This document shows, in pieces, positions 19,911 to 30,042 of a stretch of 64,000 nucleotides of DNA. Under the pieces are notes generated by a model. It made no database searches and was not told where the DNA came from. It saw only the letters and a list, made by a program, of their open reading frames with translations. Both the position numbers and the translations under genes were made by a program. The stretch spans positions 341,200 to 405,199 of the forward strand of contig JAMCRP010000001.1 in assembly GCA_023380635.1 (NCBI GenBank), given 5' to 3'. This DNA is from Patescibacteria group bacterium (GTDB taxonomy: Bacteria; Patescibacteriota; Microgenomatia; JAMCZE01). The first letter of the stretch is position 1; each line of letters begins with the position of its first letter.

Positions 19911-21608
19911 ATGACTCATTTGGAGCTACGAGATAAGTTTTTGGCGTTTTGGAAAGACCGCGGACACGGAGTTATTCCCAGCGCTAGCCTTGTACCGGAA
20001 AACGACCCCTCGGTTCTCTTTATTACGGCCGGTATGCATCCCCTGGTACCATACTTACTTGGTCAACCGCATCCTTCCGGTAAGCGTCTGGTTGATGTTC
20101 AAAAAGTTATCCGCACTGACGATATCGACGAAGTCGGTGATCCCATTCACCACACTTTTTTTGAAATGCTTGGCAATTGGTCTTTAGGAGATTATTTCAA
20201 GAAGGAGGCCATTGAGTGGTCCTATGAATTTTTAACAAAAGACTTAAAGCTTGACCCCAATAATTTAACAATTACCTGCTTCACCGGCGATAAAGATGCG
20301 CCTAAAGACGAATTTAGCGCTAAAGTTTGGGAGTCGTTGGGTATACCAAAAGACAGAATTAAGTTTTTAGGCAAAAAGGATAACTGGTGGGGCCCAGCAG
20401 GAGAAACTGGCCCATGCGGCCCCGATACCGAAATGCATTACAAAATGAATAGCGGCGAATTTTCTGAAATTTGGAACAACGTCTTTATGGAATATAACAA
20501 AACTACTGATGGAAAGTTTGAAAAACTGAAGCAACAAAATGTTGATACCGGAATGGGGTTAGAAAGAACTTTAGCTGTGGTTAACGGTTTTGACGATGAC
20601 TACCTTACAGAACTTTGGATGCCGGTCATCGAAAGACTGGAACAACTTTCAGGAAAAAAATATAAGCAAAACTTAAGATCATTTAGAATTATCGCTGATC
20701 ACATTCGCGCGTCTGTTTTTGCCATTTCCGATAGTGTTTTGCCGTCAAACAAACAACAAGGTTATATCCTTCGCCGTTTGATCCGTCGATCAGTTGTTCA
20801 GGCAAAGCAACTTGGAATCAATCCAGAAAGTTTAAACGAAATTGCCAGTATTTTTATTGAAATAATGTCCGGAGTTTACCCTGATCTTGTTTCGAACCGT
20901 GAGATGATCAGCAAAGTACTTTTAGAAGAAATCCAGCGGTTCGAAAAAACGTTAGATAAAGGTCTGCGGGAATTTGAAAAAATAAATACTATTACTGGTA
21001 GAGACGCCTTCAATTTATTTCAAACTTTTGGTTTTCCCTGGGAATTAACAGCAGAGCTGGCTAACCAGAAAGGACAAAAAGTTGATCAGGAAGAATTTAA
21101 AAATGAATTTCAAAAACATCAGGAGCTTTCAAGAACCGCCTCCGCCGGGATGTTTAGAGGCGGTTTAGTCGATCACTCCGAAACCGTAACCAGATATCAT
21201 AGTGCTACCCACCTTCTTCAGGCCGCGTTACGGCAAGTCTTGGGAGAACATGTTCATCAAGAAGGATCCAATCTTACCAGTGAACGCCTTCGCTTCGACT
21301 TTTCTCATCCGCAAAAACTGACTCCCGAAGAGATTAAACGGGTAGAAGATATTGTTAATGAACAAATTGCCAAAGGCCTGGAACAAAAAAAAGAAATTTT
21401 GACCTATGACGAATCGATCAAGTCAGGCGCGCTGGCGTTTTTCAAAGAAAGATATCCGGAAAAAGTAACGGTTTATTCTTTTGGAAATTTCAGCAAAGAA
21501 ATTTGCGGCGGCCCGCATGTGGCCAACACCAAAGAAATCGGAAGGTTTAAAATAATTAAGGAAGAAGCTGTTTCTGCCGGCATCCGGCGCATTTATGCCA
21601 AAATTTAA
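19911..21608 (+). CDS. alaS: Alanine--tRNA ligase, short form without the C-Ala domain
   Basis: HHTFFEMLGNWS.GDYFK, VDTGMGLER, editing HSATH and CGGPH; ends at GIRRIYA. Confidence 0.97.
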   Translation: MTHLELRDKFLAFWKDRGHGVIPSASLVPENDPSVLFITAGMHPLVPYLLGQPHPSGKRLVDVQKVIRTDDIDEVGDPIHHTFFEMLGNWSLGDYFKKEAIEWSYEFLTKDLKLDPNNLTITCFTGDKDAPKDEFSAKVWESLGIPKDRIKFLGKKDNWWGPAGETGPCGPDTEMHYKMNSGEFSEIWNNVFMEYNKTTDGKFEKLKQQNVDTGMGLERTLAVVNGFDDDYLTELWMPVIERLEQLSGKKYKQNLRSFRIIADHIRASVFAISDSVLPSNKQQGYILRRLIRRSVVQAKQLGINPESLNEIASIFIEIMSGVYPDLVSNREMISKVLLEEIQRFEKTLDKGLREFEKINTITGRDAFNLFQTFGFPWELTAELANQKGQKVDQEEFKNEFQKHQELSRTASAGMFRGGLVDHSETVTRYHSATHLLQAALRQVLGEHVHQEGSNLTSERLRFDFSHPQKLTPEEIKRVEDIVNEQIAKGLEQKKEILTYDESIKSGALAFFKERYPEKVTVYSFGNFSKEICGGPHVANTKEIGRFKIIKEEAVSAGIRRIYAKI

Positions 21609-22041
21609 AACCAGCCGCTCATTCAAACGACCTGATTTTAACCCGACGGGCTTTCGGAAATTTCAAGACTTCCGGGCCAAAGAAAAATTTACTACCTGGT
21701 CGCAAAGCGCCGCGGCGGATAATTTTATCCGGCTTTTCATAATTGTGTGGTTTGTCCCTCTGCTTCTGGCAACGATTTTTGCAGCGTTTAATTTCCGCCT
21801 GCTTCCGAGCCAAATTCCGCTTTTCTACAGCCGTAACTGGGGTGAAGACCAGCTGGCGGCTAAAAGTTATATTTTTATTCCCCTGGCCGGAACTTTATTA
21901 TTGGGAATTTTCAATTTTGGCCTGGCAATTAACTTTCATGTCAATGACCGGGTTAGCTCCTACCTCCTCGGCGGTACTGCCGCCCTTGTTTCTCTTTTAG
22001 CTGCCATTACCACAGTAAATATTATTAATTTGATTAAATGA
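21595..22041 (+). CDS. Membrane protein (DUF1648-like)
   Basis: Three hydrophobic helices with LPSQIPLFYS..WG motif. Confidence 0.7.
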   Translation: MPKFKTSRSFKRPDFNPTGFRKFQDFRAKEKFTTWSQSAAADNFIRLFIIVWFVPLLLATIFAAFNFRLLPSQIPLFYSRNWGEDQLAAKSYIFIPLAGTLLLGIFNFGLAINFHVNDRVSSYLLGGTAALVSLLAAITTVNIINLIK

Positions 22042-23144
22042 ACTGGCCGCTTTTTAAAAACATTGCTTTCTTACCCCTCCTTATTTCTGCAATCTTAACT
22101 TTTATCTCAGTTCCAGCTGTCATCCAGATAGCAAACTATTTCGGCCTTATTGACGATCCGACAAAAAGACCTCACCCCGCCCACACTGAACAAAGAATTA
22201 TTCCCCGGGCTGGCGGATTGGCTTTGTATTTTGGATTAGTGCTGACAGCCGCGATGTTTATTCCGTTTGCCAAAGGAATTGTGGGTATTCTGCTGGGAGC
22301 GGGATTGTTGGTAGCCGTCGGTTTAATTGACGACTATCGTGATGTCCATCCGTATATTCGTTTCGGGGTAAATATTCTGGCGGCGATTCTGGCTGTCGCC
22401 GGCGGGGCTGGCATTGGTTTCATCACCAATCCAATAAGCGGCGGGGTCATGCATTTTGACACCATCCGCTGGTCTTTTGAATTCTTAGGAAAACACAGCA
22501 TCTTGCCGGTGGCTGATCTGCTGGCCATTATCTGGCTGGCCTGGTGTATGAATATGGTTGGCTGGAGTGGAGGTGTTGACGGACAGTTGCCTGGATTTGT
22601 AGCTATCTCCGCAGTTTTTATTGGTATCCTCTCGTTTAATCTGATTTCGATTGATAATTTCCCGGCCTGGACAGGAACCGCTCTGGCTTTCGTTACCGCC
22701 GGAAGTTACCTGGGATTTCTTCCCTGGAATTTTTTCCCCCAAAAGATTATGCCGGGCTATGGCGGTAAATCTCTGGCCGGGTTTTTATTGGGAACCTTGG
22801 CTATTCTCACTACGGCGAAACTGGGTACGGCAATTTTAGTGTTGGGTATTCCTTTAATTGATGCCATTTTTGTTAAGACTGCTGATCTTTTGTCAAAAAA
22901 GAATCCTATGATGGCCAGCCGCAATCATCTTCATCATCGACTCCTGGATGCCGGCTGGAGTAAGCGGCGGATTGCCTTGTTTTACTGGTTTGTCTCTGCT
23001 ATATTGGGGATAATTGCCCTGAATGTTAATGCCAAGCAGAAATTCTTTACTTTTCTGGTTGTCGCTATTGTTGTTGGAGGATTAATTTTATGGCTCAAAC
23101 TCTCTACTACCTTTTTCGGGAAGCCCGCCCCCGTCAATGGATAA
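22038..23144 (+). CDS. WecA/TagO-like polyprenyl-phosphate GlcNAc-1-phosphate transferase (MraY superfamily)
   Basis: IPRAGGL, VGLIDD, GVDGQ, GFLPWNF.P.KI, HLHHRL; multi-TM. Confidence 0.9.
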   Translation: MNWPLFKNIAFLPLLISAILTFISVPAVIQIANYFGLIDDPTKRPHPAHTEQRIIPRAGGLALYFGLVLTAAMFIPFAKGIVGILLGAGLLVAVGLIDDYRDVHPYIRFGVNILAAILAVAGGAGIGFITNPISGGVMHFDTIRWSFEFLGKHSILPVADLLAIIWLAWCMNMVGWSGGVDGQLPGFVAISAVFIGILSFNLISIDNFPAWTGTALAFVTAGSYLGFLPWNFFPQKIMPGYGGKSLAGFLLGTLAILTTAKLGTAILVLGIPLIDAIFVKTADLLSKKNPMMASRNHLHHRLLDAGWSKRRIALFYWFVSAILGIIALNVNAKQKFFTFLVVAIVVGGLILWLKLSTTFFGKPAPVNG

Positions 23145-24037
23145 AAAATCTGACAATTTTTGCCGCAATTTTTTTCACCGGCGAAATTCTTAATCCGCAA
23201 TTACTACTTACCAGCTTTGTCGCCTTTTTGGCTTTTTGCGCTGCTTCCTCTAGCATGTACATTTTTAACGATCTTCGTGATCTGGAAAAAGACCGGCTTC
23301 ATCCGTTTAAAAAGAATCGCCCTCTGGCTAGCGGAAAATTAAATCAAAAACTGGCAATTACCGCCGCAATCCTGGCCAGCATTATTGCCTTAATAATGGC
23401 GGCAACTATTAGCACCGCTTTCTTTTTTACGATAATTGCCTTTTATCTTCTGCAATTTTCCTACAGCATGTATTTGAAAAATGTCATCCTGCTGGATATT
23501 TTGGCCATTGCCGGAAGTTTTATTCTGCGGGTTTTTGCCGGAGAAATTGCCACCGGCTTTCATATTGATATCTGGTTATTCCTGACAGTTATTTCAGTCT
23601 CTTTGTTCTTGGCTATCGGTAAACGCCGGTCGGAACTGACTTTGCTTTCCGGCTGGAGCGGAACTGTTCCAATTAAAACCCGGGCAACCCTGTCCCGCTA
23701 CAGTGAAAAAATGCTTGATGTCTATATTTCGATGTTTGCCAACTCCGCCTGGATCACCTACGCGTTTTACACTTTTTTGCAGCGTCCCCCTATTTTGCGC
23801 CAGCGCATTGGCGACCTTTTTGACCAATATAATTTAGACGCGTTGCAGGGGAGAAAGTGGATCATGTTGACAATTCCGTTAGTCATTTATGGAATTATGC
23901 GCTACTTACAGTTAATTTATGAAAAGAATGAGGGCGAGTCGCCGGAGAAAGTTTTGTTGTCTGACAAAGCCCTGATCATTACCGCCACCGTTTTGGGTTT
24001 AATGCTCTTTACGACGATCTACGTTATCAATAAATAA
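23090..24037 (+). CDS. UbiA-family prenyltransferase (decaprenyl-phosphate phosphoribosyltransferase-like)
   Basis: RPRQWIKN, YIFNDLRDLEKDRLHPFKKNRPLASG, KRRSEL. Confidence 0.9.
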   Translation: MAQTLYYLFREARPRQWIKNLTIFAAIFFTGEILNPQLLLTSFVAFLAFCAASSSMYIFNDLRDLEKDRLHPFKKNRPLASGKLNQKLAITAAILASIIALIMAATISTAFFFTIIAFYLLQFSYSMYLKNVILLDILAIAGSFILRVFAGEIATGFHIDIWLFLTVISVSLFLAIGKRRSELTLLSGWSGTVPIKTRATLSRYSEKMLDVYISMFANSAWITYAFYTFLQRPPILRQRIGDLFDQYNLDALQGRKWIMLTIPLVIYGIMRYLQLIYEKNEGESPEKVLLSDKALIITATVLGLMLFTTIYVINK

Positions 24038-24861
24038 TCCTTTGCGACCCAACCTTCCTTATCTTTCCAGCGAATTTCCACCCAATTATCATTCTGCATC
24101 ATTACGGGGTACTTTTCGCCGGGATAAATTTTTCCTAATTCCTCAGCCGTGTAATCAGGAGTTTTTCTAACCCTGACAAAACCCAGCGGGTTGTCTTTAA
24201 CTGTTGCCGAACTTGAAGCGATCAAGGCGCTGGTTTCGGTTAAGTCTGAGCTGGGGCTGGCAATTAGTTCCGCGGTGGATTTGATTTGCCGCTGCGGTTC
24301 AAAGGTTAATTTGCGCAGTTTCACAATTGCATTTAGCCGGAAACCGGCAACGAGCCGGGCATGAATAATCTGATCAGCGTAACCGGACAAAGAAATGATT
24401 ACTACCTTGTCTCCCGAAGTTAGATCTTTAAAAACCGCCGAGGCCCGTCCTTTTTCCAAACCATCAATTGATACTGAAGCCCCGTCAGGATCAGAAACAA
24501 CAGCTAGCTCCGAAAAACGATCCGTCGGTAGCTTTTCCAAAGTCAGAATCTGGCCGGCAGAATCTTCTGGCAAAGAGGCCAGCTCTTGGCTGACATAAGT
24601 TAAAACTCCCGGCAATACTTTTACTTTATTTTCCCAAGCCTGAAGTTTTATTTGATATTCACCTGGCTTTATTTTTTCTGCCAGATATGGCGTTTTTCCC
24701 ACGGCTTTTCCGTCAATGACAACTTCAGTGCTAGGGATGGAATCGATCTGAAGTGATCCTAACTCCGGAGATTGTTTATCAGCCAAGTATTTTGCTCCCA
24801 CAACTGTGGCCATAAGGATGAATAATCCCAAGGCGATTAGAAGAACTTTTTTTGCGGCCAT
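24019..24861 (-). CDS. Exported PEGA-domain protein with C-terminal SH3b-like domain
   Basis: N-terminal TM; two PEGA-like repeats (IDSIP..V.IDG..VGKTP; SDPDGA.V.IDG); VRVRKTP...W..I...EGWV. Confidence 0.8.
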   Translation of the reverse strand: MAAKKVLLIALGLFILMATVVGAKYLADKQSPELGSLQIDSIPSTEVVIDGKAVGKTPYLAEKIKPGEYQIKLQAWENKVKVLPGVLTYVSQELASLPEDSAGQILTLEKLPTDRFSELAVVSDPDGASVSIDGLEKGRASAVFKDLTSGDKVVIISLSGYADQIIHARLVAGFRLNAIVKLRKLTFEPQRQIKSTAELIASPSSDLTETSALIASSSATVKDNPLGFVRVRKTPDYTAEELGKIYPGEKYPVMMQNDNWVEIRWKDKEGWVAKDYLLIT

Positions 24862-24867
24862 TATCTA

Positions 24868-26367
24868 TTATTTGGCGGTTTCAGCCACCCGTAGCTCCCG
24901 GATGACCGTAATTTTAATTTGCCCCGGAAATTCCTTAATTTCCTGTTCAATTCGCTCTTTAATTTTAAAGGCAATGGCAGCTGCTTCGTTATCGTTAACT
25001 TTTTCCGGAGAAACCAGGACTCGAACTTCCCGCCCGGCTTGAAAAACCCAAGCCTCCGAAACTCCCGAAAAACTTTTACAAATCTCTTCCAGTTGTTTCA
25101 TGCGTGTCAAATATCTTTCCAGGTCTTCATATCTGGCTCCTGGCCGTGATCCGGAAATAGCGTCAGCCAGATAGACGATCATCGACTCAGCCGAAGAGAA
25201 AGGTTTTTCTTCATGATGCTCTTCGACACAGGCAATAACTTTCTCTGGAATGCCAAACTTGCGCAAAAACTGAGCCCCCAAGGCAGCATGTGATCCTTCC
25301 TCGGAATCAATAACTTTTCCGATGTCGTGAAGTAAACATCCCAGACGAACGATATTTACATCCGCACCGATTTCCTGCGCGATGGCAATCCCGATTTTTG
25401 TTTCTTCCGTGGTATGAACAATCATGTTCTGGCCATAAGAGAAACGGTATTTGAATTTTCCCAGGAGCTCCACAATCGGCCGCGGCAGATTATAGACTCC
25501 GACACTGTGGCATAATTTTTCCCCTTCATCCGCAATAATTCTTTCAATTTCCCGCTTAACCTGAGCTACCACTTCTTCTATTCTTGCGGGTTGGATTCTG
25601 GTATCCCGGATCAAGCGTTCCAGGGAAACCCGGGCAACCTCCCGACGGACAGAATCAAAACTGGAAAGTCTAATCACTCCTTCTTCATCTAGTTCTACAT
25701 CCACTCCGGTCGCTTTCTCAAAAGCCCGGATATTGCGGCCTTCCTTACCGATAATTCTTCCTTTAACTTCTTCATTAGGAACAGTCACTGTAGAAACGGT
25801 ATATTCCGCCACCAGGTCCGTGGCTCCATGGATCATTTCGGAAACAATAATTTCCCTGGCTTTAGTATCGGCCTCTTCTTTGGCTTCGTCTAAAACTGCC
25901 CTGATCATCTTTCCGGCTTCGCTTCGGGAACTCTCTTCGACGGCTGATAGAATTTTTTCTTTGGCTTCGTCAACGGACAGGCCGGCAATTTTTTGCAACC
26001 GCGCAAGCTGATCAGCTTTAATTTTTTCAACTTCTTCCCGGGTTTGTTCGGTCTGCTGCAGCTGCGAATTTAAGCTGGCCGTTTTTTGATCTAAAGCCTC
26101 TTCTTTCTGGGCCAGACGTCTTTCCAGTTCCACTACTTCCTGACGTAACCTCCTGGCTTCGTCCTCGGCCGCCGCCCGGATTTTAATGGCTTCTTCCTTG
26201 GCCGCAAAAACAATCTCTCTGGCCTGAGTTTCGGCTTCAAAAGCCGCTTTACCGTCAGTTTTCGGCTCAGGTTTAAGGGGCAAGGTTTTAGCGCTACCGG
26301 CTCTATTAACGATTTTGTGGGTTTTGTTATTCCCGACTGTTCGGGTTAATCGCGAAAAAAATGACAT
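24868..26367 (-). CDS. rny: Ribonuclease Y
   Basis: Coiled coil, KH domain KGRIIGKEGRNIR, HD domain LLHDIGK, ADAISGSRPGAR. Confidence 0.97.
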   Translation of the reverse strand: MSFFSRLTRTVGNNKTHKIVNRAGSAKTLPLKPEPKTDGKAAFEAETQAREIVFAAKEEAIKIRAAAEDEARRLRQEVVELERRLAQKEEALDQKTASLNSQLQQTEQTREEVEKIKADQLARLQKIAGLSVDEAKEKILSAVEESSRSEAGKMIRAVLDEAKEEADTKAREIIVSEMIHGATDLVAEYTVSTVTVPNEEVKGRIIGKEGRNIRAFEKATGVDVELDEEGVIRLSSFDSVRREVARVSLERLIRDTRIQPARIEEVVAQVKREIERIIADEGEKLCHSVGVYNLPRPIVELLGKFKYRFSYGQNMIVHTTEETKIGIAIAQEIGADVNIVRLGCLLHDIGKVIDSEEGSHAALGAQFLRKFGIPEKVIACVEEHHEEKPFSSAESMIVYLADAISGSRPGARYEDLERYLTRMKQLEEICKSFSGVSEAWVFQAGREVRVLVSPEKVNDNEAAAIAFKIKERIEQEIKEFPGQIKITVIRELRVAETAK

Positions 26368-26406
26368 AAATTCTTCAACTGTGGAAACAGAAGAAAAGAC
26401 CGGCAG

Positions 26407-26469
26407 TTACGCCAGCACTTTTTTTAGAAGCTCACGAATTTTGCTTAAAAGCTCGTTCAGGCTTGTCAT
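26407..26469 (-). CDS. Putative 20-aa amphipathic peptide upstream of rny (MTSLNELLSKIRELLKKVLA)
   Basis: ATG..TAA in the recX-rny gap, between a good promoter and rny; L/I/V at helical periodicity. Confidence 0.5.
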   Translation of the reverse strand: MTSLNELLSKIRELLKKVLA

Positions 26470-26494
26470 ATCTTCTTTTTCCAACTATAGAAAT

Positions 26495-26523
26495 ATTTTA
26501 CCGCGCGGCTCCCAATTTTGCAA
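26495..26523 (-). promoter_or_regulatory. Promoter for the small ORF and rny, within the recX 3' end
   Basis: TTGCAA (26523-26518), 17 nt, TAAAAT (26500-26495). Confidence 0.7.
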
Positions 26524-27106
26524 GAACTTCTTCAACCGTGTCATAGTCAAATCCTCTCGAAATTAGAAACCGCATAATCTTTTCCCGCCACTTTTGCTCG
26601 CCCAGCTTTTCCTGAGACCATAGTTTTAGTTTCTTCTGAATTGCCCGCATGGCTTTCTCTCCTTCCGACTCTTTGTCTTTTGGTAATTTCACTTTGATGC
26701 CTTTACGAGCCAATTCCATTTCCAGCGCTCGTTTTCCTTTAGGTCTAAAAGTACTGCGTTGTTCTACCCACCAGGCCGCAAATTGTTCATCATTAATTTG
26801 TCCTATTTGTCTCAGTTTTTCCACCACGCCATCAATATCCTCTACTTTTTTTCTTTTCAGGTATTGGCGTATTTCGTATTCGGATCTCGGCCTAAACGAG
26901 AGAAAATTCAGAGAAGCATTAAACGCCTTTCCGAAATCGCTTTCCGCAATGATCTTATTTAAGTAGTCCTGAGAAATTTCTTGACCATTATATAAACCTA
27001 GTTTAACGATATCGTTCACATTCAGCCCGGTCGCAAATTTCCCATCGACATAAACACTAACCCGCTCCGGGTTTTTCTTCTGGTATTCCAGTTTAGTTAT
27101 TCGCAT
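26498..27106 (-). CDS. recX: Regulatory protein RecX
   Basis: LNFLSFRPRSEYEIRQYL, INDEQFA, ELARKGI, FLISRGF; near recA. Confidence 0.93.
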   Translation of the reverse strand: MRITKLEYQKKNPERVSVYVDGKFATGLNVNDIVKLGLYNGQEISQDYLNKIIAESDFGKAFNASLNFLSFRPRSEYEIRQYLKRKKVEDIDGVVEKLRQIGQINDEQFAAWWVEQRSTFRPKGKRALEMELARKGIKVKLPKDKESEGEKAMRAIQKKLKLWSQEKLGEQKWREKIMRFLISRGFDYDTVEEVLAKLGAAR

Positions 27107-27627
27107 AGAATTAGATATTCTGTATTGCCGGAGCCGCCTTTGATCGGTGACTCAGTTATTTTTCGAAATTTAAAACTATTAACAACTTCTTTCAAGTTCT
27201 CCTGGGGAATTATACCCCCGTGTTTAAGCGCCAAATCCTGGCGTTCATATTGTGGTTTTAACAGGGCAATTATTTTCCCGCCCGGCTTGAGAAATTCCCG
27301 GACTTTAGGAAGGATTTTATTCAGGGAAGTAAAAGTTACGTCTATCGTTACCAGGTCCACTTTATCCGGTAGAGTATCAAGGTACAATATATTCTGTCTC
27401 TCAATGACCACTACCCTAGGATCATTTCGCAGTTTCCAGGCAAACTCACCATAGGCCGTGTCCAACGCGTATACTTTGGCAGCACCGGATTGCAGTAAAC
27501 AATCTACAAATCCTCCTGTCGAACTTCCAACATCAAGTACGGTCATCCCCGTCACGTCCACCCCAAACTCCTTAAGAGCGTGTTCTAATTTCAATCCTCC
27601 TCTGGACACAAATTTCTTCTCGTCCAT
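27097..27627 (-). CDS. TlyA-family rRNA methyltransferase lacking the S4 domain
   Basis: FVSRGGLKL, LDVGSSTGGF.DCLLQ.GA..VYALD, LLKPQYE, SPIKGGSGN.EY; start at ATG 27627. Confidence 0.9.
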   Translation of the reverse strand: MDEKKFVSRGGLKLEHALKEFGVDVTGMTVLDVGSSTGGFVDCLLQSGAAKVYALDTAYGEFAWKLRNDPRVVVIERQNILYLDTLPDKVDLVTIDVTFTSLNKILPKVREFLKPGGKIIALLKPQYERQDLALKHGGIIPQENLKEVVNSFKFRKITESPIKGGSGNTEYLILCE

Positions 27628-27628
27628 A

Positions 27629-27901
27629 TTACGAACTAGCACTAGAGTAACTTTTTAGACCGTATTGCCAAAATCTTTCTGAGATTATCCAGGTCAGAAT
27701 AACCATAATTACCGACATACCTGCCAACTTCCAGTCAAGAATATTTAATAGCGCCGTAACGGGAACATAAATTAATAACATAACCGGAAGTATAAAGAAA
27801 AAAATCATGATGAAATCTCTTATTAACCGAATCATAATACCCACACGATAGCTAAATGTAATTTGGTAAGACGCCTTGAAGAACTCCCAATATTTGCGCA
27901 T
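27629..27901 (-). pseudogene. Internally deleted ABC-2-type permease remnant (90 aa)
   Basis: N-terminus MRKY...SYR joined to C-terminus LP....YVP...L...FW..GLKSYSSASS typical of much longer ABC-2 family permeases; no ATPase partner nearby. Confidence 0.6.
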
Positions 27902-27933
27902 GAAGTAATTATACGAGGCTTTTATGAAGCGTT

Positions 27934-29010
27934 CTACTCTTCTTTTCCGTTTTCTTCGCCGATGACGACTTTTTCGGAAGCGGCGCCGGCTTTCACTTTT
28001 TTATAGATCTCATCCTCAATTTGCTTGGCGACTTTTTTGTTTTCCACCAGGAATTCCCGGGCGGCTTCGCGACCCTGGCCCAGCATGGTGTCCTTATATT
28101 TAAGGAAAGCGCCGGATTTCTGGATCACATCCAGTTCCACGCCAACATCAATCAGACCATCTTCATATGACGGACCGGAAGCGGAATAGATGTTAAATTC
28201 AGCAACCCTGAATGGGGGAGCCACTTTGTTTTTGACAACTTTTACTCTGTGCCGGCTACCAATAACGGTGTCCCCTTCTTTAAGCTGTTCAATCTTGCGG
28301 ATATCCATCCGCACCGACGCGTAGAATTTCAAAGCCAGACCGCCGGTGGTCGTTTCGGGGTTGCCAAACATGACCCCGATTTTCTGGCGCAACTGATTAG
28401 TGAAAATGCAGATGGTCTTTGATTTATTAATTACTCCGGTTAGTTTGCGCAAGGCCTGAGACATTAATCTGGCCTGAAGCCCCATCTGGGAATCGCCCAT
28501 TTCGCCCTCAATTTCCGCCTTAGGAACCAGCGCGGCCACGGAGTCAATTACGACAACATCAATTCCTCCGGAGCGGATCAAAGTTTCAGCAATTTCCAAT
28601 GCCTGCTCGCCGGTATCCGGTTGGGAAATCAGAAGTTCGTTTAAATTAACTCCCAGTTTTTCCGCCCATTGCGGATCAAGAGCGTGTTCTGCATCAATAA
28701 AGGCTGCCGCGCCACCCACTTTTTGGGCCTGGGCAATTAAAGTCAGCATAAGAGTTGTCTTTCCGGAAGCTTCAGGACCGTAAATTTCGATAATTCTGCC
28801 CCGCGGCAAACCGCCCACACCCAAAGCCAAATCTACGGGAAGAATACCTGTCGGAATTACATCAGTGGTCATTTTCGGAGCGGCTTCGCCCATTTTCATA
28901 ATTGAACCCTTGCCGTACTGCTTTTCGATCTGGTCCATAGCCAGTCTTATAGCGGCCAATTTGGGATTAGCTCCGGCTGAAGAAGTGTCGTCTCCTGTTC
29001 CTCTTGCCAT
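27934..29010 (-). CDS. recA: Recombinase RecA
   Basis: [50 protein letters not shown]. Confidence 0.99.
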   Translation of the reverse strand: MARGTGDDTSSAGANPKLAAIRLAMDQIEKQYGKGSIMKMGEAAPKMTTDVIPTGILPVDLALGVGGLPRGRIIEIYGPEASGKTTLMLTLIAQAQKVGGAAAFIDAEHALDPQWAEKLGVNLNELLISQPDTGEQALEIAETLIRSGGIDVVVIDSVAALVPKAEIEGEMGDSQMGLQARLMSQALRKLTGVINKSKTICIFTNQLRQKIGVMFGNPETTTGGLALKFYASVRMDIRKIEQLKEGDTVIGSRHRVKVVKNKVAPPFRVAEFNIYSASGPSYEDGLIDVGVELDVIQKSGAFLKYKDTMLGQGREAAREFLVENKKVAKQIEDEIYKKVKAGAASEKVVIGEENGKEE

Positions 29011-29105
29011 ATCTAGTCGTGATTAAACACCAGCAGATTCTAAAAAGCAACCACTAAATTGTCTCGTTTTGGCAATCTTTTCGTGTCCTAGAGAAAAAGC
29101 CTATG

Positions 29106-29176
29106 TCGGGGAGCCGAGAATCGGACTCGGACTGCTAGACCCCCAGCCTAGCGCGCTACCACTACGCCACTCCCCG
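29106..29176 (-). tRNA. tRNA-Pro(GGG)
   Basis: Cloverleaf: acceptor CGGGGAG/CTCCCCG, anticodon stem CTAGG/TCTAG with loop CTGGGGG, T stem CCGAG/CTCGG with loop TCCGATT; CCA not encoded; TG-A-TAAAAT box at 29189-29197. Confidence 0.93.
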
Positions 29177-29211
29177 AAAGATATGATGATTTTATCATAC
29201 TGATAGGTAGA

Positions 29212-29679
29212 TTAACGCTTCGGAGAGGATTTCTTTTTGCGGGCGCCGGGAAGACCAGGCTTCTTCGGTTCTTTCATTCGCGGATCGCGGGTCATGTAAT
29301 CTTTCTTGCGAAGAATGGCCCGAAATTTCGGATCCACCTGCACTAAAGCCCGGGCAATGGCCAGAGTCGTGGCTCCCAATTGCCCAGTTAGACCGGAACC
29401 TTCCACAACGACAGTTGTGATAAACCGGCCGGCAGTGTTGGTGGTTCGAAAAAGTTCGCTGTATTGGCTTTTGGCAAAGGGATCGGGGAAATATTTTTCA
29501 ATGGGCTTACCGTTAACGAAAGTGTCGCCTTTTTCCAGTTTTTTGCCGTCGATGGTTACTTCAGCGGTTGCCGGATAGACCCGAGCCCTGGCGATAGCGG
29601 TTTTGCGCCGGCCCACACCAAAGTACCACTTGGTGGCTGATTCCTGTTCGTTGTTTTCTGTTTTTTTCTCTTTCGGCAT
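29212..29679 (-). CDS. rpsI: 30S ribosomal protein S9
   Basis: GVGRRKTAIAR, TRDPRMKEPKKPG..ARK. Confidence 0.98.
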   Translation of the reverse strand: MPKEKKTENNEQESATKWYFGVGRRKTAIARARVYPATAEVTIDGKKLEKGDTFVNGKPIEKYFPDPFAKSQYSELFRTTNTAGRFITTVVVEGSGLTGQLGATTLAIARALVQVDPKFRAILRKKDYMTRDPRMKEPKKPGLPGARKKKSSPKR

Positions 29680-29680
29680 A

Positions 29681-30040
29681 TTAGATAAACTTTAATCTGG
29701 CGATCCAGACGTCACGCAGTTTGTTATTCGGCAACATTCCCAACACCGCTTTGCGGATCACCTGTTCCGGCGCTGTATTTTTCATCGGCACTTTTTTCAA
29801 TCCTGCCGGGTAACCGCTAAAGCGAGTATAAACCTTTTTTTCCTGTTTTCTACCTGTCACTTTGATCGCTTTGGCGTTTTTAACCGTCACGAAATCGCCG
29901 CAATCTAAATGGCGGACAAAATAGGGTTTGCTCTTACCAACTAAAAGATTGGAGATTCTGGTCGCCAGCCGTCCCAGTACCTGGCCGGAAGCATCAACCT
30001 CATGCTTGTCGTGTTTAATGTCAGAAAGTTTTGTGTTCAT
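29681..30040 (-). CDS. rplM: 50S ribosomal protein L13 (short)
   Basis: VDASGQVLGRLA, DCGDFV, AVLGMLP. Confidence 0.97.
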   Translation of the reverse strand: MNTKLSDIKHDKHEVDASGQVLGRLATRISNLLVGKSKPYFVRHLDCGDFVTVKNAKAIKVTGRKQEKKVYTRFSGYPAGLKKVPMKNTAPEQVIRKAVLGMLPNNKLRDVWIARLKFI

Positions 30041-30042
30041 GT

